From the IMG/VR virus record IMGVR_UViG_3300021592_000001, positions 32,001 to 96,000 of that record: 64,000 bases of DNA; one strand, 5' to 3'. This DNA comes from a virus (taxonomy: Duplodnaviria > Caudoviricetes). Positions 9,416 to 19,028 of this stretch are shown here, piece after piece. The number at the start of each line of letters is the position of its first letter. Position 1 is the first letter of the stretch. Position numbers and translations under genes: made by a program. The notes under the pieces were generated by a model. The model ran no database searches. It was given only the letters and a program-made list of their open reading frames with translations, and was not told the DNA's origin.

Positions 9416-9716
9416 GAGGAACATATTGGATAGTGATGGGACGTTAATAATTACGGAAAATGGTCGACAAAAGAAGTCAGACCCAACTGTAGTATTATGT
9501 AGAAAGCATGACCGTCCCTTCGTACGTATTGATCTTTCAAAGGTGTCAGTTCCAGTTGCCGCTAGGATTATCAAAACTTGGCTTAAGAAAAGCAATGTTA
9601 AAGTTCTCAATGTCGTCTGCTCCTGTTCAGAACATAGAGACAGAAAGTTGCTATCGTTGCTTCCATTCAGAGTTTCGATTTCCAATAAGGAAAGGAGGTG
9701 TAACTATGAAGCTTAA
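9390..9716 (+). CDS. truncated/degenerate SLOG-family 'putative molybdenum carrier'-like protein
   Basis: RNILDSDGTLI...K(H)DRPF..IDL...I..WL....VKVLNV pattern; the usual N-terminal GGQTG and C-terminal AGPR motifs are absent. Confidence 0.55.
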   Translation: MARKTLLDERNILDSDGTLIITENGRQKKSDPTVVLCRKHDRPFVRIDLSKVSVPVAARIIKTWLKKSNVKVLNVVCSCSEHRDRKLLSLLPFRVSISNKERRCNYEA

Positions 9717-9966
9717 ATCCCTTGCCTTGTGCTTCGCTTCGTTTATGCTAATAGGATGTGCTACTGTCAAATTCAATCCTGAAACTGGTGAAGTCAAATA
9801 TACTAGAATTGGAGACCAGCATATTCAAGGTTTTGAGATGGAGATAAAGCAAAGTGGCGATGTGATAGTTCGATTAAAAGGACAGCAGTCGAATGCAGAA
9901 GCTCTGACTGAAGCTATTCGTATAATAGGTGTTCTTTCTACATCATCTACTAAGGCAGTTAAGTGA
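9706..9966 (+). CDS. small lipoprotein
   Basis: ATG 9706 after AGGAGGTG; MKLKSLALCFASFMLIG-C signal peptide with lipobox. Confidence 0.7.
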   Translation: MKLKSLALCFASFMLIGCATVKFNPETGEVKYTRIGDQHIQGFEMEIKQSGDVIVRLKGQQSNAEALTEAIRIIGVLSTSSTKAVK

Positions 9967-10053
9967 GGGAAAAGGAGGAGACTACGAAAGATATATCCGA
10001 ACGGGAAAATGGATGCAGTCAAACCTGATGATAGTAAAGAGGAGGTGATAGGT

Positions 10054-10479
10054 ATGTGTAATAACTTACACGAGGAAGGCTTCCGACCAATTCCAAAGCG
10101 TGGAGTAGGTTGGAAGATATTTGGAATAAATGTAGTACCTCCAGCCGATTGTGATACAATGATAATTACTTCAATACACGGAGTCGCATTCAAACGTGCA
10201 GATGACGGTTGGGTCGAGTGGAAGTGGAACGACGTAGATGAGAGGCATAGAGGATTTTGTTTCTTCTTGAAACAGAGAGACGCGATCGATGGTGCAAGGA
10301 AGTGGTGTCAAAGTATCGACTACTACGGTTGTAAGCCTTATAAAACATATATAGTGTTGAAGATTGAGTACGATCAAGGGTTAGGAGAGTGTAACGAGAG
10401 CAATTTTATAGAAGGAGAAGTCGTACGAATTGCACTTGCGAAACGTTTCAGGATTATTGGAGTGGATGGGAGGAGGTGA
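10054..10479 (+). CDS. hypothetical protein, tandem paralog 1
   Basis: GGAGGTGA RBS before ATG 10054; highly similar to 10485..10898. Confidence 0.7.
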   Translation: MCNNLHEEGFRPIPKRGVGWKIFGINVVPPADCDTMIITSIHGVAFKRADDGWVEWKWNDVDERHRGFCFFLKQRDAIDGARKWCQSIDYYGCKPYKTYIVLKIEYDQGLGECNESNFIEGEVVRIALAKRFRIIGVDGRR

Positions 10480-10484
10480 TAGGT

Positions 10485-10898
10485 ATGTGCAATAATTTGC
10501 ATGAAGAAGGCTTCCGGCCTATTCCGAAACATGGAGTGGGTTGGAAGATATTTGGAATAGGTGTAACGTCTCCAGATGACAATAGCGAGCTGAGCATAAG
10601 CTCAATACATGGAACTATATTTGAACGTGCAGAGGACGGTTGGGTCGAGTGGAAATGGAGCGGTATAGAAGAGAAGAACAGAGAATTTGGGTTTTGCTTT
10701 TTCCTGAAGCGGAGGGACGCAGTAGACGCTGCGAAAAAATGGTATCAGTGTATCGGTAATGATTGTAATCCTTGTGAAACATGTGTAGTCATGAAAATCG
10801 AATACGATCAAGGATTAGGGGAGTACAATGAAAATAATTTTATTAAAGGAGTAAGAACTGCACTTGCAAAACGATTTAGAATTATTGGTATAGAGTAG
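10485..10898 (+). CDS. hypothetical protein, tandem paralog 2
   Basis: Same RBS context and shared MCNNLHEEGFRPIPK...GFCFFLK...ALAKRFRIIG. Confidence 0.7.
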   Translation: MCNNLHEEGFRPIPKHGVGWKIFGIGVTSPDDNSELSISSIHGTIFERAEDGWVEWKWSGIEEKNREFGFCFFLKRRDAVDAAKKWYQCIGNDCNPCETCVVMKIEYDQGLGEYNENNFIKGVRTALAKRFRIIGIE

Positions 10899-10934
10899 AT
10901 ATAACTGTAGAAGAGGAAGCATTGGAGGTATTTT

Positions 10935-11117
10935 ATGAATCCTAGTTATAAAATACTTTTTGAGGAAATAAGTAAGGCTCAGATGAAACTAAATCAGTGG
11001 AGCCGTAATTTTCGTCTTGAGATATTAGGTTTCGCATTGCAAGGTGAGAAAGTCGCTGTTCTTGTGAAAAGAACGCCTCTACCTGGAATTATGGAAGAAG
11101 AAGACGATGACCGCTAA
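10935..11117 (+). CDS. hypothetical protein
   Basis: GGAGG RBS; 60 aa. Confidence 0.55.
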   Translation: MNPSYKILFEEISKAQMKLNQWSRNFRLEILGFALQGEKVAVLVKRTPLPGIMEEEDDDR

Positions 11118-11129
11118 AAATCGAACCAA

Positions 11130-11345
11130 ATGCAAATACGGAGGGATAAAATGAATGTATTAAAAGAATTACAAACTATGATGCAGGTAATACAGAAGGA
11201 ATATGGGGAATGTGAACTATCTATCCGTGTTAAGACGGATGCAATTTCATTCGTCGTCGTTAAAAGGGAATCAGACGGGACAACTATCACGGTTGATATC
11301 AGTTGTCCTGTGAACAAGTTAGGAGGGAAAGAGAATGTCCATTAA
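11130..11345 (+). CDS. hypothetical protein
   Basis: ORF; GGAGG before the internal MNVLKE start. Confidence 0.55.
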   Translation: MQIRRDKMNVLKELQTMMQVIQKEYGECELSIRVKTDAISFVVVKRESDGTTITVDISCPVNKLGGKENVH

Positions 11346-11362
11346 GGGGGGGTGTATATTAT

Positions 11363-12028
11363 ATGACTCTGAATCCTTTCTATGTAGAGGCTACTACATT
11401 GGATGATGCTTGGCACCAATTAGTCTATAACATATTTGACAAAGGTTACTATTACAGAATTGATAGAGGGAGCTACGCAGGGAGCTACAGATGGGAATAT
11501 GACTGGGTCACAGTCCATATAACAAAACCATCTGAGTATCCAAGGGTCCCTCAAATACCTGAGAGCCTTTCTATTCCGCCACCTGTAACAGAAGATTATG
11601 TTGTAGACTACTTTAATAAGTATATTATCGGAAAGGAAAAATCTGAAGGTGAGAGCTACACTTATGGAGAGCGAATGCTATCTTCAAATCAGATAGCAGA
11701 AATAATTGAGCGATACAAATCTGCTCCGAATGATAATCAACTGATACTGCAAATAGCTATGCCATCGGATATAACACTTGATGATCCACCTTGTTTGAGG
11801 CACATAGATACCCGTATCAGATACGGTAAACTACATTTCTTTCCCTACTTTAGATCATGGGATTTGTGGTCTGGATTTCCAGCAAACCTTGCTGCCCTTC
11901 AACTCTTGAAGGAGTATATGGCTTCAGAAATCGGCGTTGCTGATGGCGAAATTATAGCTAGCTCTAAAGGTCTGCATATTTACAAACACGTTGAAGACAT
12001 AGCAAAGATTCGATTTTATAGAGGATAG
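11363..12028 (+). CDS. thyA: thymidylate synthase (short ThyA type) or dUMP-modifying homolog
   Basis: YTYGER, catalytic PPCL, FRSWD, GFPAN and GLHIY motifs; start adjusted to MTLNPF. Confidence 0.85.
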   Translation: MTLNPFYVEATTLDDAWHQLVYNIFDKGYYYRIDRGSYAGSYRWEYDWVTVHITKPSEYPRVPQIPESLSIPPPVTEDYVVDYFNKYIIGKEKSEGESYTYGERMLSSNQIAEIIERYKSAPNDNQLILQIAMPSDITLDDPPCLRHIDTRIRYGKLHFFPYFRSWDLWSGFPANLAALQLLKEYMASEIGVADGEIIASSKGLHIYKHVEDIAKIRFYRG

Positions 12029-12063
12029 CTTGTTCACAATTAGTTAGCGAAGGAGGAATAGCA

Positions 12064-12426
12064 ATGGATACTAACGAACGAAGAGCTATTTTTGTCTATG
12101 AGGGAGCAAGACTACATGCCACTTACCTAAAGTGTCCTGTCATTCCTGCTCCCTGGGACGAAAGGGAAAGTGATTTCAAGGAACAGTTCGTTGAACTCAT
12201 ATCTGACTTAGTTTCAGGTAAAAGAAAATTTCAGGATTTTGAAGAAGCTCATGATTCTTGGGTGAAGAAATACCTGGAGATGGGATGGAGGTATGGCGAG
12301 AAATACGATCCCGCTAATAGAATTCATCCTGACTTAGTTCCTTATGAAGAACTAGACCCGAGAGAAAAGGTTAAAGACGAGGTATTTCTGAGACTTGTCG
12401 AAATAGCTAAAGATTGTATCTGGTAA
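12064..12426 (+). CDS. RyR-domain protein
   Basis: HDSW......GW.YG...D...R.HPDLVPYEEL...EK.KD. Confidence 0.8.
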   Translation: MDTNERRAIFVYEGARLHATYLKCPVIPAPWDERESDFKEQFVELISDLVSGKRKFQDFEEAHDSWVKKYLEMGWRYGEKYDPANRIHPDLVPYEELDPREKVKDEVFLRLVEIAKDCIW

Positions 12427-12473
12427 GGAGAAGTAGCAGTGGAAAGTAAGACTTAGTAGAAAGGAGGTTTACT

Positions 12474-12848
12474 ATGACAATACCCTATGACGACTCAGGG
12501 AAACTTTATCTTTTAGATGTGATCACTTTTAAAGGCAAGAAATATAAGATGTGGATGAAGCACGAGGTATTTGACGAGATCGTTGGAGTCTATATCTGTG
12601 AGGGCAACCAGACGAAAAAGTATGTAGCCCACGGACAAATGGAGTGTATGAATACTTTTATTCCGTATGAGGAAAGGTGGGAGACATTCATAGATCATTT
12701 TCAAAAGGAAATAGATAGAGCTTTGAACAAGCCTGACGATTCTGAGCAAGAAAAGCCAGAAATCGAAAAGGCTTGGGAAGATGTATCTATGCTTAGATTG
12801 AAAGTAGTTGATGGAAGAGTAGTAGTGGAAAAGTCAGGGAGAAACTAA
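12474..12848 (+). CDS. hypothetical protein
   Basis: AGGAGG RBS; 124 aa. Confidence 0.65.
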   Translation: MTIPYDDSGKLYLLDVITFKGKKYKMWMKHEVFDEIVGVYICEGNQTKKYVAHGQMECMNTFIPYEERWETFIDHFQKEIDRALNKPDDSEQEKPEIEKAWEDVSMLRLKVVDGRVVVEKSGRN

Positions 12849-12877
12849 GATTGTATCTGGTAGTAGGAGGGAATTCC

Positions 12878-13468
12878 ATGGAAAGAAAAACTAAAGATCT
12901 TGATCTTATTGTTGTGATTGGATGTATTTTGTGGGCTTGCCTCGGATTTATTGTGGCAAGATGCGTCATTAAGGAAAATGTAAAAGTAATATATATGGAC
13001 AGATATAAATATAGGTATGTATTGGATGACGAAATGATAACTGTTGCAAAATATATAAGATTAGTTAATCGAAAAGTCCCTGAAAGTGTAGCTAACAGAA
13101 TTGCTTATGAAGTTGTTAGTCAATCAAGAAAGGAATCACTTCCATTTGAATTAGTACTTGCTATAATAGAAGTTGAGTCAACTTTCAATCCTATGGCTAC
13201 CTCTTCAAAAAACGCCCGTGGTCTTATGCAGGTTTTATATGGAAATAACGATATCAATAAAATTTATAATATAGATTATAATATTAGTCGTGGTATAGAG
13301 ATTCTGAAGATGTGTCTGTCTGAGTCGAAAGGCGACCTGTCGGCAGCTCTTTATAAATACGTCGGAGGAAGCGACAAGTATAAGGAGAAAGTATTAAGAA
13401 GTATTGGTAGTTTTATCCTGTTTAGGAGTATCGAATATGCGAAAGGAAGGGGACATACGAATAGATAA
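12878..13468 (+). CDS. lytic transglycosylase (SLT domain) with N-terminal membrane anchor
   Basis: LVLAIIEVES.FNP.A.S...ARGLMQV, NI..G..IL and AL..Y.GG motifs; hydrophobic N-terminal helix. Confidence 0.85.
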   Translation: MERKTKDLDLIVVIGCILWACLGFIVARCVIKENVKVIYMDRYKYRYVLDDEMITVAKYIRLVNRKVPESVANRIAYEVVSQSRKESLPFELVLAIIEVESTFNPMATSSKNARGLMQVLYGNNDINKIYNIDYNISRGIEILKMCLSESKGDLSAALYKYVGGSDKYKEKVLRSIGSFILFRSIEYAKGRGHTNR

Positions 13469-14225
13469 TCTAACGTCTCTCTTGGAAGAGAGACTAAATA
13501 AGGTAGAACAGAATATAAACCCAGAATCAGTTTATTTAGTTTTGTCTATACTAGGACTGGAGTGTGTAGAGAAACTCCAATGCAAAACTTGCTCCAGGGA
13601 GGAACAGATAAGATGTCTGAAAATGTATGCAGGCAGAGCGAAGCTGTTATGGCATAACTTATTGACGGATACAGATCACAGATGGGCTAAAAAGTTGTAT
13701 TATTCAAAGTTATTCGATCTTATCGACTCAATGTTGAAAGACGCTAATATTACTACCAGATTATGGCATAAGGAACTTCAGAGATGGGTCCCATTTATAG
13801 ATATTCAAGGGAATAAGGTACTGATAGTTGTCGGAGATAAAATAGTCGAGTCTCCTATGAGTTTGTATGATCCGTCTGTAAAGACTGATGCCGACGTTGA
13901 AAGGCTAAAGTCTGAAGAAAAAGAGAGGGAATTTGAAAAAGCCAAGATGATGGCGAAACTGCAAACTGAGATAAAAAAGGTGAGATTCACTCTTAAGCGG
14001 GAATATATTTTAAGAGTCAAACAGAAGGTAACCTTGGATATCTCTAAATATGATCTACTTCTCCTCCGTAGGAAAACCCATAAATTGTTCGTCTGGAGAA
14101 AGGATAATAGCGTATGGATAATCCCGACAGAGAAGGTGTGGGGATTGAAGGTGGCTAAGGCGAGACGTGAAGCACTCGATTACCTAAAGGCAAATGCACG
14201 ATGCATTTATACTCCATCTTCTTAA
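13437..14225 (+). CDS. hypothetical protein
   Basis: Long ORF; AGGAG before ATG 13437. Confidence 0.65.
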   Translation: MRKEGDIRIDNLTSLLEERLNKVEQNINPESVYLVLSILGLECVEKLQCKTCSREEQIRCLKMYAGRAKLLWHNLLTDTDHRWAKKLYYSKLFDLIDSMLKDANITTRLWHKELQRWVPFIDIQGNKVLIVVGDKIVESPMSLYDPSVKTDADVERLKSEEKEREFEKAKMMAKLQTEIKKVRFTLKREYILRVKQKVTLDISKYDLLLLRRKTHKLFVWRKDNSVWIIPTEKVWGLKVAKARREALDYLKANARCIYTPSS

Positions 14226-14237
14226 GGAGGTGATGCT

Positions 14238-14591
14238 ATGAAGAAGACAGAAAATAAAACTATAAACGCATTAACAAAGATGGTCTTAAGAGACATAAAC
14301 ACGCTTAGGACGAATATGAACGTAGTCCGCAGAAACCCGACAGATATACTGATAGCTATACAGTTTGATGACGGCCATATTCACACTATTCTCCCTCACA
14401 TGGAAGTAGTCAGATCGATGGTGAATGTGCTGCTCATGCAATTGGATGAATACGATCGGAAGGATGAGATACAGCAAGAGCCTAGACCTATTCCTACACC
14501 ACCAATTCGCCCAGTTTCATTGGAGGAAGGCAAGAAAAATATAGATGAGAAAGCAGAAAAAAGAGAAGATCAGGAGAATAAAACAGAGTAG
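14238..14591 (+). CDS. hypothetical protein
   Basis: AGGAGGTGA RBS. Confidence 0.65.
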   Translation: MKKTENKTINALTKMVLRDINTLRTNMNVVRRNPTDILIAIQFDDGHIHTILPHMEVVRSMVNVLLMQLDEYDRKDEIQQEPRPIPTPPIRPVSLEEGKKNIDEKAEKREDQENKTE

Positions 14592-14600
14592 GAGAACGAT

Positions 14601-15311
14601 ATGATTTGTGCTAAACTGTTTTATGCTAAAAATAAACTAGAAAAAGAAGAATGTGACTTACTGTTTAAATATGCTCTTGGTTTGTCTGCTTCTTATCCGA
14701 TCAATAATATTGTTCGCAGAAGGCAAATCCAGGACATCAAGTATTTTCTAGACTATTCTTATTATAGTCTAAGTTGTTTATGGAGATCTGTAGTGTCGGT
14801 ATTAGCTTGTGGCGAAGATGTGAAGAAGGCTTGTACCATCTTCGGTTCTACTGTCAGAGATGTTATGTATATATTAGATGACTGCTTGGACAAGAAGGAA
14901 ATTTCTGTTCTTGTGCGTAGAAAGACGAAGTTAAACCGCTTAAAGAAAACGGAATTATGGGACATAGCTTTCGACAACATGAGGATGATAGATAATCTTG
15001 TTGAGAAGAAACTGAGGTTCGTATATTTGTCTAATTGCTTTGAAAAGGATGATTTTGTAAATGATACATTTATTGCCGTCCTACGGTATCTATACAAGAG
15101 AGATTGGCAGACAAAAACTTTCCTGGTAAACGGAGTTCGGAAATGTATAGTTAATCATATTGTCAATCTTATATACAGATACACTGCTCAGTGTAGAAAT
15201 AGGCTAAGGTATGGAGATAATGGTTGGGAGAACATAATAGTTCCTGAGGAACTTGGAGCGGCAGAACTTCAAATGAGCAATTGGAGGAGAGTTGATCACG
15301 CTCAAGTCTGA
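14601..15311 (+). CDS. putative divergent sigma-factor-like protein
   Basis: NMRMIDNLVEKKL...FEKDDFVNDTFIAVLRYL...FL...VRKCI.N resembles sigma70/ECF region 2. Confidence 0.4.
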   Translation: MICAKLFYAKNKLEKEECDLLFKYALGLSASYPINNIVRRRQIQDIKYFLDYSYYSLSCLWRSVVSVLACGEDVKKACTIFGSTVRDVMYILDDCLDKKEISVLVRRKTKLNRLKKTELWDIAFDNMRMIDNLVEKKLRFVYLSNCFEKDDFVNDTFIAVLRYLYKRDWQTKTFLVNGVRKCIVNHIVNLIYRYTAQCRNRLRYGDNGWENIIVPEELGAAELQMSNWRRVDHAQV

Positions 15312-15334
15312 AGTTCCAAATCGTCTTCACATAA

Positions 15335-15835
15335 GTGATGAAACTAAGGAGGCTTGAAATGAGTCTGTGCGTTCTTTTACAGATAAGTTGGGTAGGAGGA
15401 ACGCCCGGTGAAGTTGTCCCCATCGCTGAAAAGCACTATAACGCTTTAAATGAAAGGTATCATCTTATAGCATTGGAGCTTAGAAGCAAGGGATTTAGAG
15501 AAGGTTTTAAATTACTTAAAGAACAGCCTAGTGAAGAAGCAATCAAGTTCCTGAAAGGTATTCGTGATTGTAGATGTCACTATGAAGGGACTAAAGGGAC
15601 ATTCTGGTCCTGGGGTACTGTAGGGAACTGTTTGATTGTATCTCGTATAGTCAAAGAGCTTATTCCATTTTTCCATGATCTCTATTCTAAAAAGGTATTA
15701 GTTAGTCGTGATAGGATAATAGCTTTATCTGAGCGGGAAGATGCAGAAGCTGTAGAGATAATCTTGTTACGATGGACTGGCTCTGAAGTGAAGATAGACA
15801 CCTTTAGAGATGATAAATGGTTTTGGGGAGTGTGA
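15335..15835 (+). CDS. hypothetical protein
   Basis: ORF; AGGAGG before MSLCVL. Confidence 0.6.
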   Translation: MMKLRRLEMSLCVLLQISWVGGTPGEVVPIAEKHYNALNERYHLIALELRSKGFREGFKLLKEQPSEEAIKFLKGIRDCRCHYEGTKGTFWSWGTVGNCLIVSRIVKELIPFFHDLYSKKVLVSRDRIIALSEREDAEAVEIILLRWTGSEVKIDTFRDDKWFWGV

Positions 15836-15883
15836 CAAAAGGAGAAATATTGACAGAACTCGTGAAGGGAAGGAGGTGAGACT

Positions 15884-16042
15884 ATGGAAGAAATAACAAT
15901 TGAAATCTATTTTGACGATTTAAAGGAAGAAAAACAGAAGGAAATTCTACAAGCCTATGGAGTGGATAGGCTGCAGAAAACGAACTGTCCTTTACTATAT
16001 CTTACAGTAAAAAGAAGCCTTTATAGTGAGAGAAAGGAGTGA
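15884..16042 (+). CDS. small hypothetical protein (52 aa; not in the ORF track)
   Basis: AGGAGGTGA RBS; MEEITIEIYFDDLKEEKQKEILQAYG...; fills the gap between neighbouring genes. Confidence 0.6.
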   Translation: MEEITIEIYFDDLKEEKQKEILQAYGVDRLQKTNCPLLYLTVKRSLYSERKE

Positions 16043-16048
16043 AATAGT

Positions 16049-16561
16049 ATGAATATAAGAAAAGAAATATTGAGAAATGCATACTTTGAGTTAACTCGAA
16101 TTGTTTTTAAGTTTGAGTCTTGTAAAGCGTGTCCGCTCAGGGAAACAGTAGGAAAAGGTTTCAAGGTTTGCTCTTTGGTGTCGGATGATCACAGAATTGA
16201 TGAAGCCAGTGATGATTTTCCTATATGGTGTCCTTTGAGGCTTAGCGGAGGCTATGAGGATTATGAGAAAGTAGTTGAGGAATTGAGACGTCGTTTGGAA
16301 GGAGTTGCTATCTATTGTAACTGGAGAAAAGTAGAGGTCTCGAATATCAGTGAGATGGTTGTTACATTTAAGTCTGAGGAAGCTCCAGTGGAAGTAGACA
16401 TCAAATTGATGTATTCCAATGGTATTTGGATTCCCTTTGTAAAAACAAAGCTTAATCTATTTCCTGATATAAGCTTGGATGAAGCGAAAACTCAGATAGA
16501 GAGGGCTGAGAGCTTTGTTAAGGGAGTTGAATATCTTGTACCAAGTGTTTCTTGGTGGTGA
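16049..16561 (+). CDS. hypothetical protein with Cys cluster
   Basis: SCKACPL...C...P.WCPL; AGGAG RBS. Confidence 0.65.
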   Translation: MNIRKEILRNAYFELTRIVFKFESCKACPLRETVGKGFKVCSLVSDDHRIDEASDDFPIWCPLRLSGGYEDYEKVVEELRRRLEGVAIYCNWRKVEVSNISEMVVTFKSEEAPVEVDIKLMYSNGIWIPFVKTKLNLFPDISLDEAKTQIERAESFVKGVEYLVPSVSWW

Positions 16562-16575
16562 GAAAGGAGGCAGTT

Positions 16576-17100
16576 ATGCACGGAAGAATATTTGTAATTG
16601 TAGACGAAGACTCTTTGAAAAATGGCGACAGATTTTGTCCATTCGTGGCGGCCGATATGGTGGACTGGATTCCTGGTTGTGAATATGTCGTAAAAGAATC
16701 TGAAAGAGATTTTAAGGAGAGCCTTAATTGGTTATCAGAATGTCTCAACTTTGACCTAAAAATTGAATTTAAGGACTTAGATGGAAAGAAGGTTCTTGTT
16801 GGAACGATCAGTCAAGATGGAGTCAAGGGCCTGATTCAGGCTATAGAAGAAGAGAAAAAGATACGACTAAGAGCCATTAGAGAGGAACTTAAAAAGGAGA
16901 ACCCTGATATGTGGAGAATTGCTTATCTCGCTTACAATAACAACACTTTCTACTTTGTGCTACCCCAGGGTGAATTCTCCAATGAAATGGACTTTCTTAA
17001 ATCTTTAAGACAGTTCCAAAAGGAATATAACGGATCTCTTTTTATCACGGAAAGCTATGGTTACCAACTGTCGAAGTTTGTTATCAAGACGACTGAGTAG
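16576..17100 (+). CDS. hypothetical protein
   Basis: AGGAGG before MHGRIF. Confidence 0.65.
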   Translation: MHGRIFVIVDEDSLKNGDRFCPFVAADMVDWIPGCEYVVKESERDFKESLNWLSECLNFDLKIEFKDLDGKKVLVGTISQDGVKGLIQAIEEEKKIRLRAIREELKKENPDMWRIAYLAYNNNTFYFVLPQGEFSNEMDFLKSLRQFQKEYNGSLFITESYGYQLSKFVIKTTE

Positions 17101-17160
17101 CCTAGCTATTAAGTAAGACACCAATCTTGGTCAATAGCTTCTTATATAATCAATCTTAAA

Positions 17161-17367
17161 ATGAGGAGGACAATTATGCAAAAGTTGATAGAGGAAACCA
17201 TTGAAAAGGTAGGGAATCCATCTTCTAACGAAGATGTTTTCAATGAACTAGCTCAACGTATAGCAATAACCTCTATACGGAACTTCAGCGGTAGTCGGCT
17301 CTGGGCAGGGCTAAGAATAGCTTTTGCAGTGGCCGAATTTGGAAACTGTTTCTATGATCAAAACTGA
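17161..17367 (+). CDS. hypothetical protein
   Basis: GAGGAGG before MQKLIE. Confidence 0.55.
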   Translation: MRRTIMQKLIEETIEKVGNPSSNEDVFNELAQRIAITSIRNFSGSRLWAGLRIAFAVAEFGNCFYDQN

Positions 17368-17396
17368 CAAATCCTAAATCTCATAGGAGGACGTCG

Positions 17397-17648
17397 ATGG
17401 AGTTTATTGTTTCAAGAACTTCTATAGAAAATGGAGACGATAGCCCTTGCAAGGAAGCTTATAGAAAGATTTATAAGAGAGATAATCTTCCAGTAGACTA
17501 CTGGCCAAAAGAGACGGAAGCATGGTTTATACGGCTTAACTCTCTGGAAGAGCTGCTGGACTTCGTGGACAAGTACGATAGAATCATCTTAACACGGGAC
17601 TGCAATAAGTCCTGGTGGATAGAAATATATGATGATTATCGAGAATGA
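17397..17648 (+). CDS. hypothetical phage protein
   Basis: AGGAGG RBS; C-terminal IEIYDDYRE; last + strand gene before the convergence point. Confidence 0.65.
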   Translation: MEFIVSRTSIENGDDSPCKEAYRKIYKRDNLPVDYWPKETEAWFIRLNSLEELLDFVDKYDRIILTRDCNKSWWIEIYDDYRE

Positions 17649-17678
17649 ACGTAGGGGATGTCACAGCTGAATCCCGAT

Positions 17679-18212
17679 TCATTTTCCTTTTGAGACAATT
17701 ACGAACCTATCATCGAGATACTTCTCTAGGAGAGGTCTCACAGTTTTATACTTTAGTTCTCCTGCTCCACATCCAGGTCTTGGCAGATGAATGTTTGTTA
17801 GTTTCCGTTTATTTGCAAGGGTCACTAGTTGCTTACAGCTCTGCTCTATTACCCTGAGATCAGCTTTCGCAGCCCACCCTGGGACTGTATCACCTATACG
17901 GAAACGATGCCTCATGTGTTTGACTGCATTTGAGCCGTTGAATACAGCAGTCCTAGGTTTCACGGGGAATGAGATAATACGCTTTCCGTCAGCCTGAACA
18001 CCTAGGTCAAACACACGATTCCCGTGCTTTGCTATATACCTTCCGAGCTTCAAGGGCAGTTTCGGATACCGCAATTTGGCTTCATAAGCACATCCTCTTC
18101 CCATTACGCACTCACCATTGGATTTCACGAAGCCATTTGTAGTTATACAGAGGATTTCAGCAGTCCAGAGGTCTTTGATTTGCTCTATCATCTGATTTTC
18201 CTCTTTGCACAT
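17679..18212 (-). CDS. macrodomain (ADP-ribose binding/hydrolase) protein
   Basis: ITTNG......VMGRGCA, SFPVK and LPRPGCG.G.L motifs. Confidence 0.8.
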   Translation of the reverse strand: MCKEENQMIEQIKDLWTAEILCITTNGFVKSNGECVMGRGCAYEAKLRYPKLPLKLGRYIAKHGNRVFDLGVQADGKRIISFPVKPRTAVFNGSNAVKHMRHRFRIGDTVPGWAAKADLRVIEQSCKQLVTLANKRKLTNIHLPRPGCGAGELKYKTVRPLLEKYLDDRFVIVSKGK

Positions 18213-18391
18213 TTAGAACAGAGTTCGAGGTAAAAGGGTGGAGGGTTGGGGTTTATTGCTTCGGGATTATATATTTCACTGGCATTTAAGGGGATAGTCT
18301 CTCCGCACTTGACACACCAGCGGCTTCCTCTTTTTTTGAGAAGCGACTTATCCTTTGGAGAAGATATTTTTCTGATTCGTCTGTTTTTCAT
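18188..18391 (-). CDS. small Zn-finger protein
   Basis: CVKC...CSKC; GGAGG RBS. Confidence 0.55.
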   Translation of the reverse strand: MKNRRIRKISSPKDKSLLKKRGSRWCVKCGETIPLNASEIYNPEAINPNPPPFYLELCSKCAKRKIR

Positions 18392-18409
18392 TTATATCCT
18401 CCCTCGATT

Positions 18410-19003
18410 CTATCTTTTGATTTCCCTAATTGGCGGTGTCCCTATAGGCCAAAGTCTGTTGATTTCGTTAGAGATAATACTATCCCTGTATTTTTCCAAT
18501 CCGTAAAGCTGTATAAGGAAATTCAGTATAGCTACTGATAATAATTTATCAGTATATTCACGAAGCCTTCTATCATCGAATCTAGTTACCGTTCCATTTC
18601 TAACAAATTCGTCTTGCAAATTCAGTAACGTTCGATTGAGTTCGTTCTCGATTTCAAATACATAATTTATTATATTGCGTATTCCCTCTTTGTACCTACC
18701 CGAAGACTGTGGTTTAAAGAATACAAATTTGTTACATATACGTCCTTTTCTATCTTTACAGGTAAAGACACAGTCTCCACACGTAAATTTTGATACGAAG
18801 TCCTTGCATATCGGTTGTAAAGCGCTCTTCGTCTTTTTGCAGGACTTAAACTTCTTGCAGAATATACATTTGATGTCTGTCGTAAATTTTTTGCAAACCT
18901 TGCTGCTTGGCTTCCTTCCTCTTTCCTCACATGTCTGTAGCCTACCAGCCTTTCTTCTTCTTGGTTCTTGAGAAAAGAACCTACACAATCTGCATGTTAT
19001 CAT
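18410..19003 (-). CDS. Cys-rich hypothetical protein
   Basis: Three CxxC...C...C repeats in the N-terminal half. Confidence 0.6.
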   Translation of the reverse strand: MITCRLCRFFSQEPRRRKAGRLQTCEERGRKPSSKVCKKFTTDIKCIFCKKFKSCKKTKSALQPICKDFVSKFTCGDCVFTCKDRKGRICNKFVFFKPQSSGRYKEGIRNIINYVFEIENELNRTLLNLQDEFVRNGTVTRFDDRRLREYTDKLLSVAILNFLIQLYGLEKYRDSIISNEINRLWPIGTPPIREIKR

Positions 19004-19028
19004 CCGCTTTCAATTCCTTTTAAACCGA

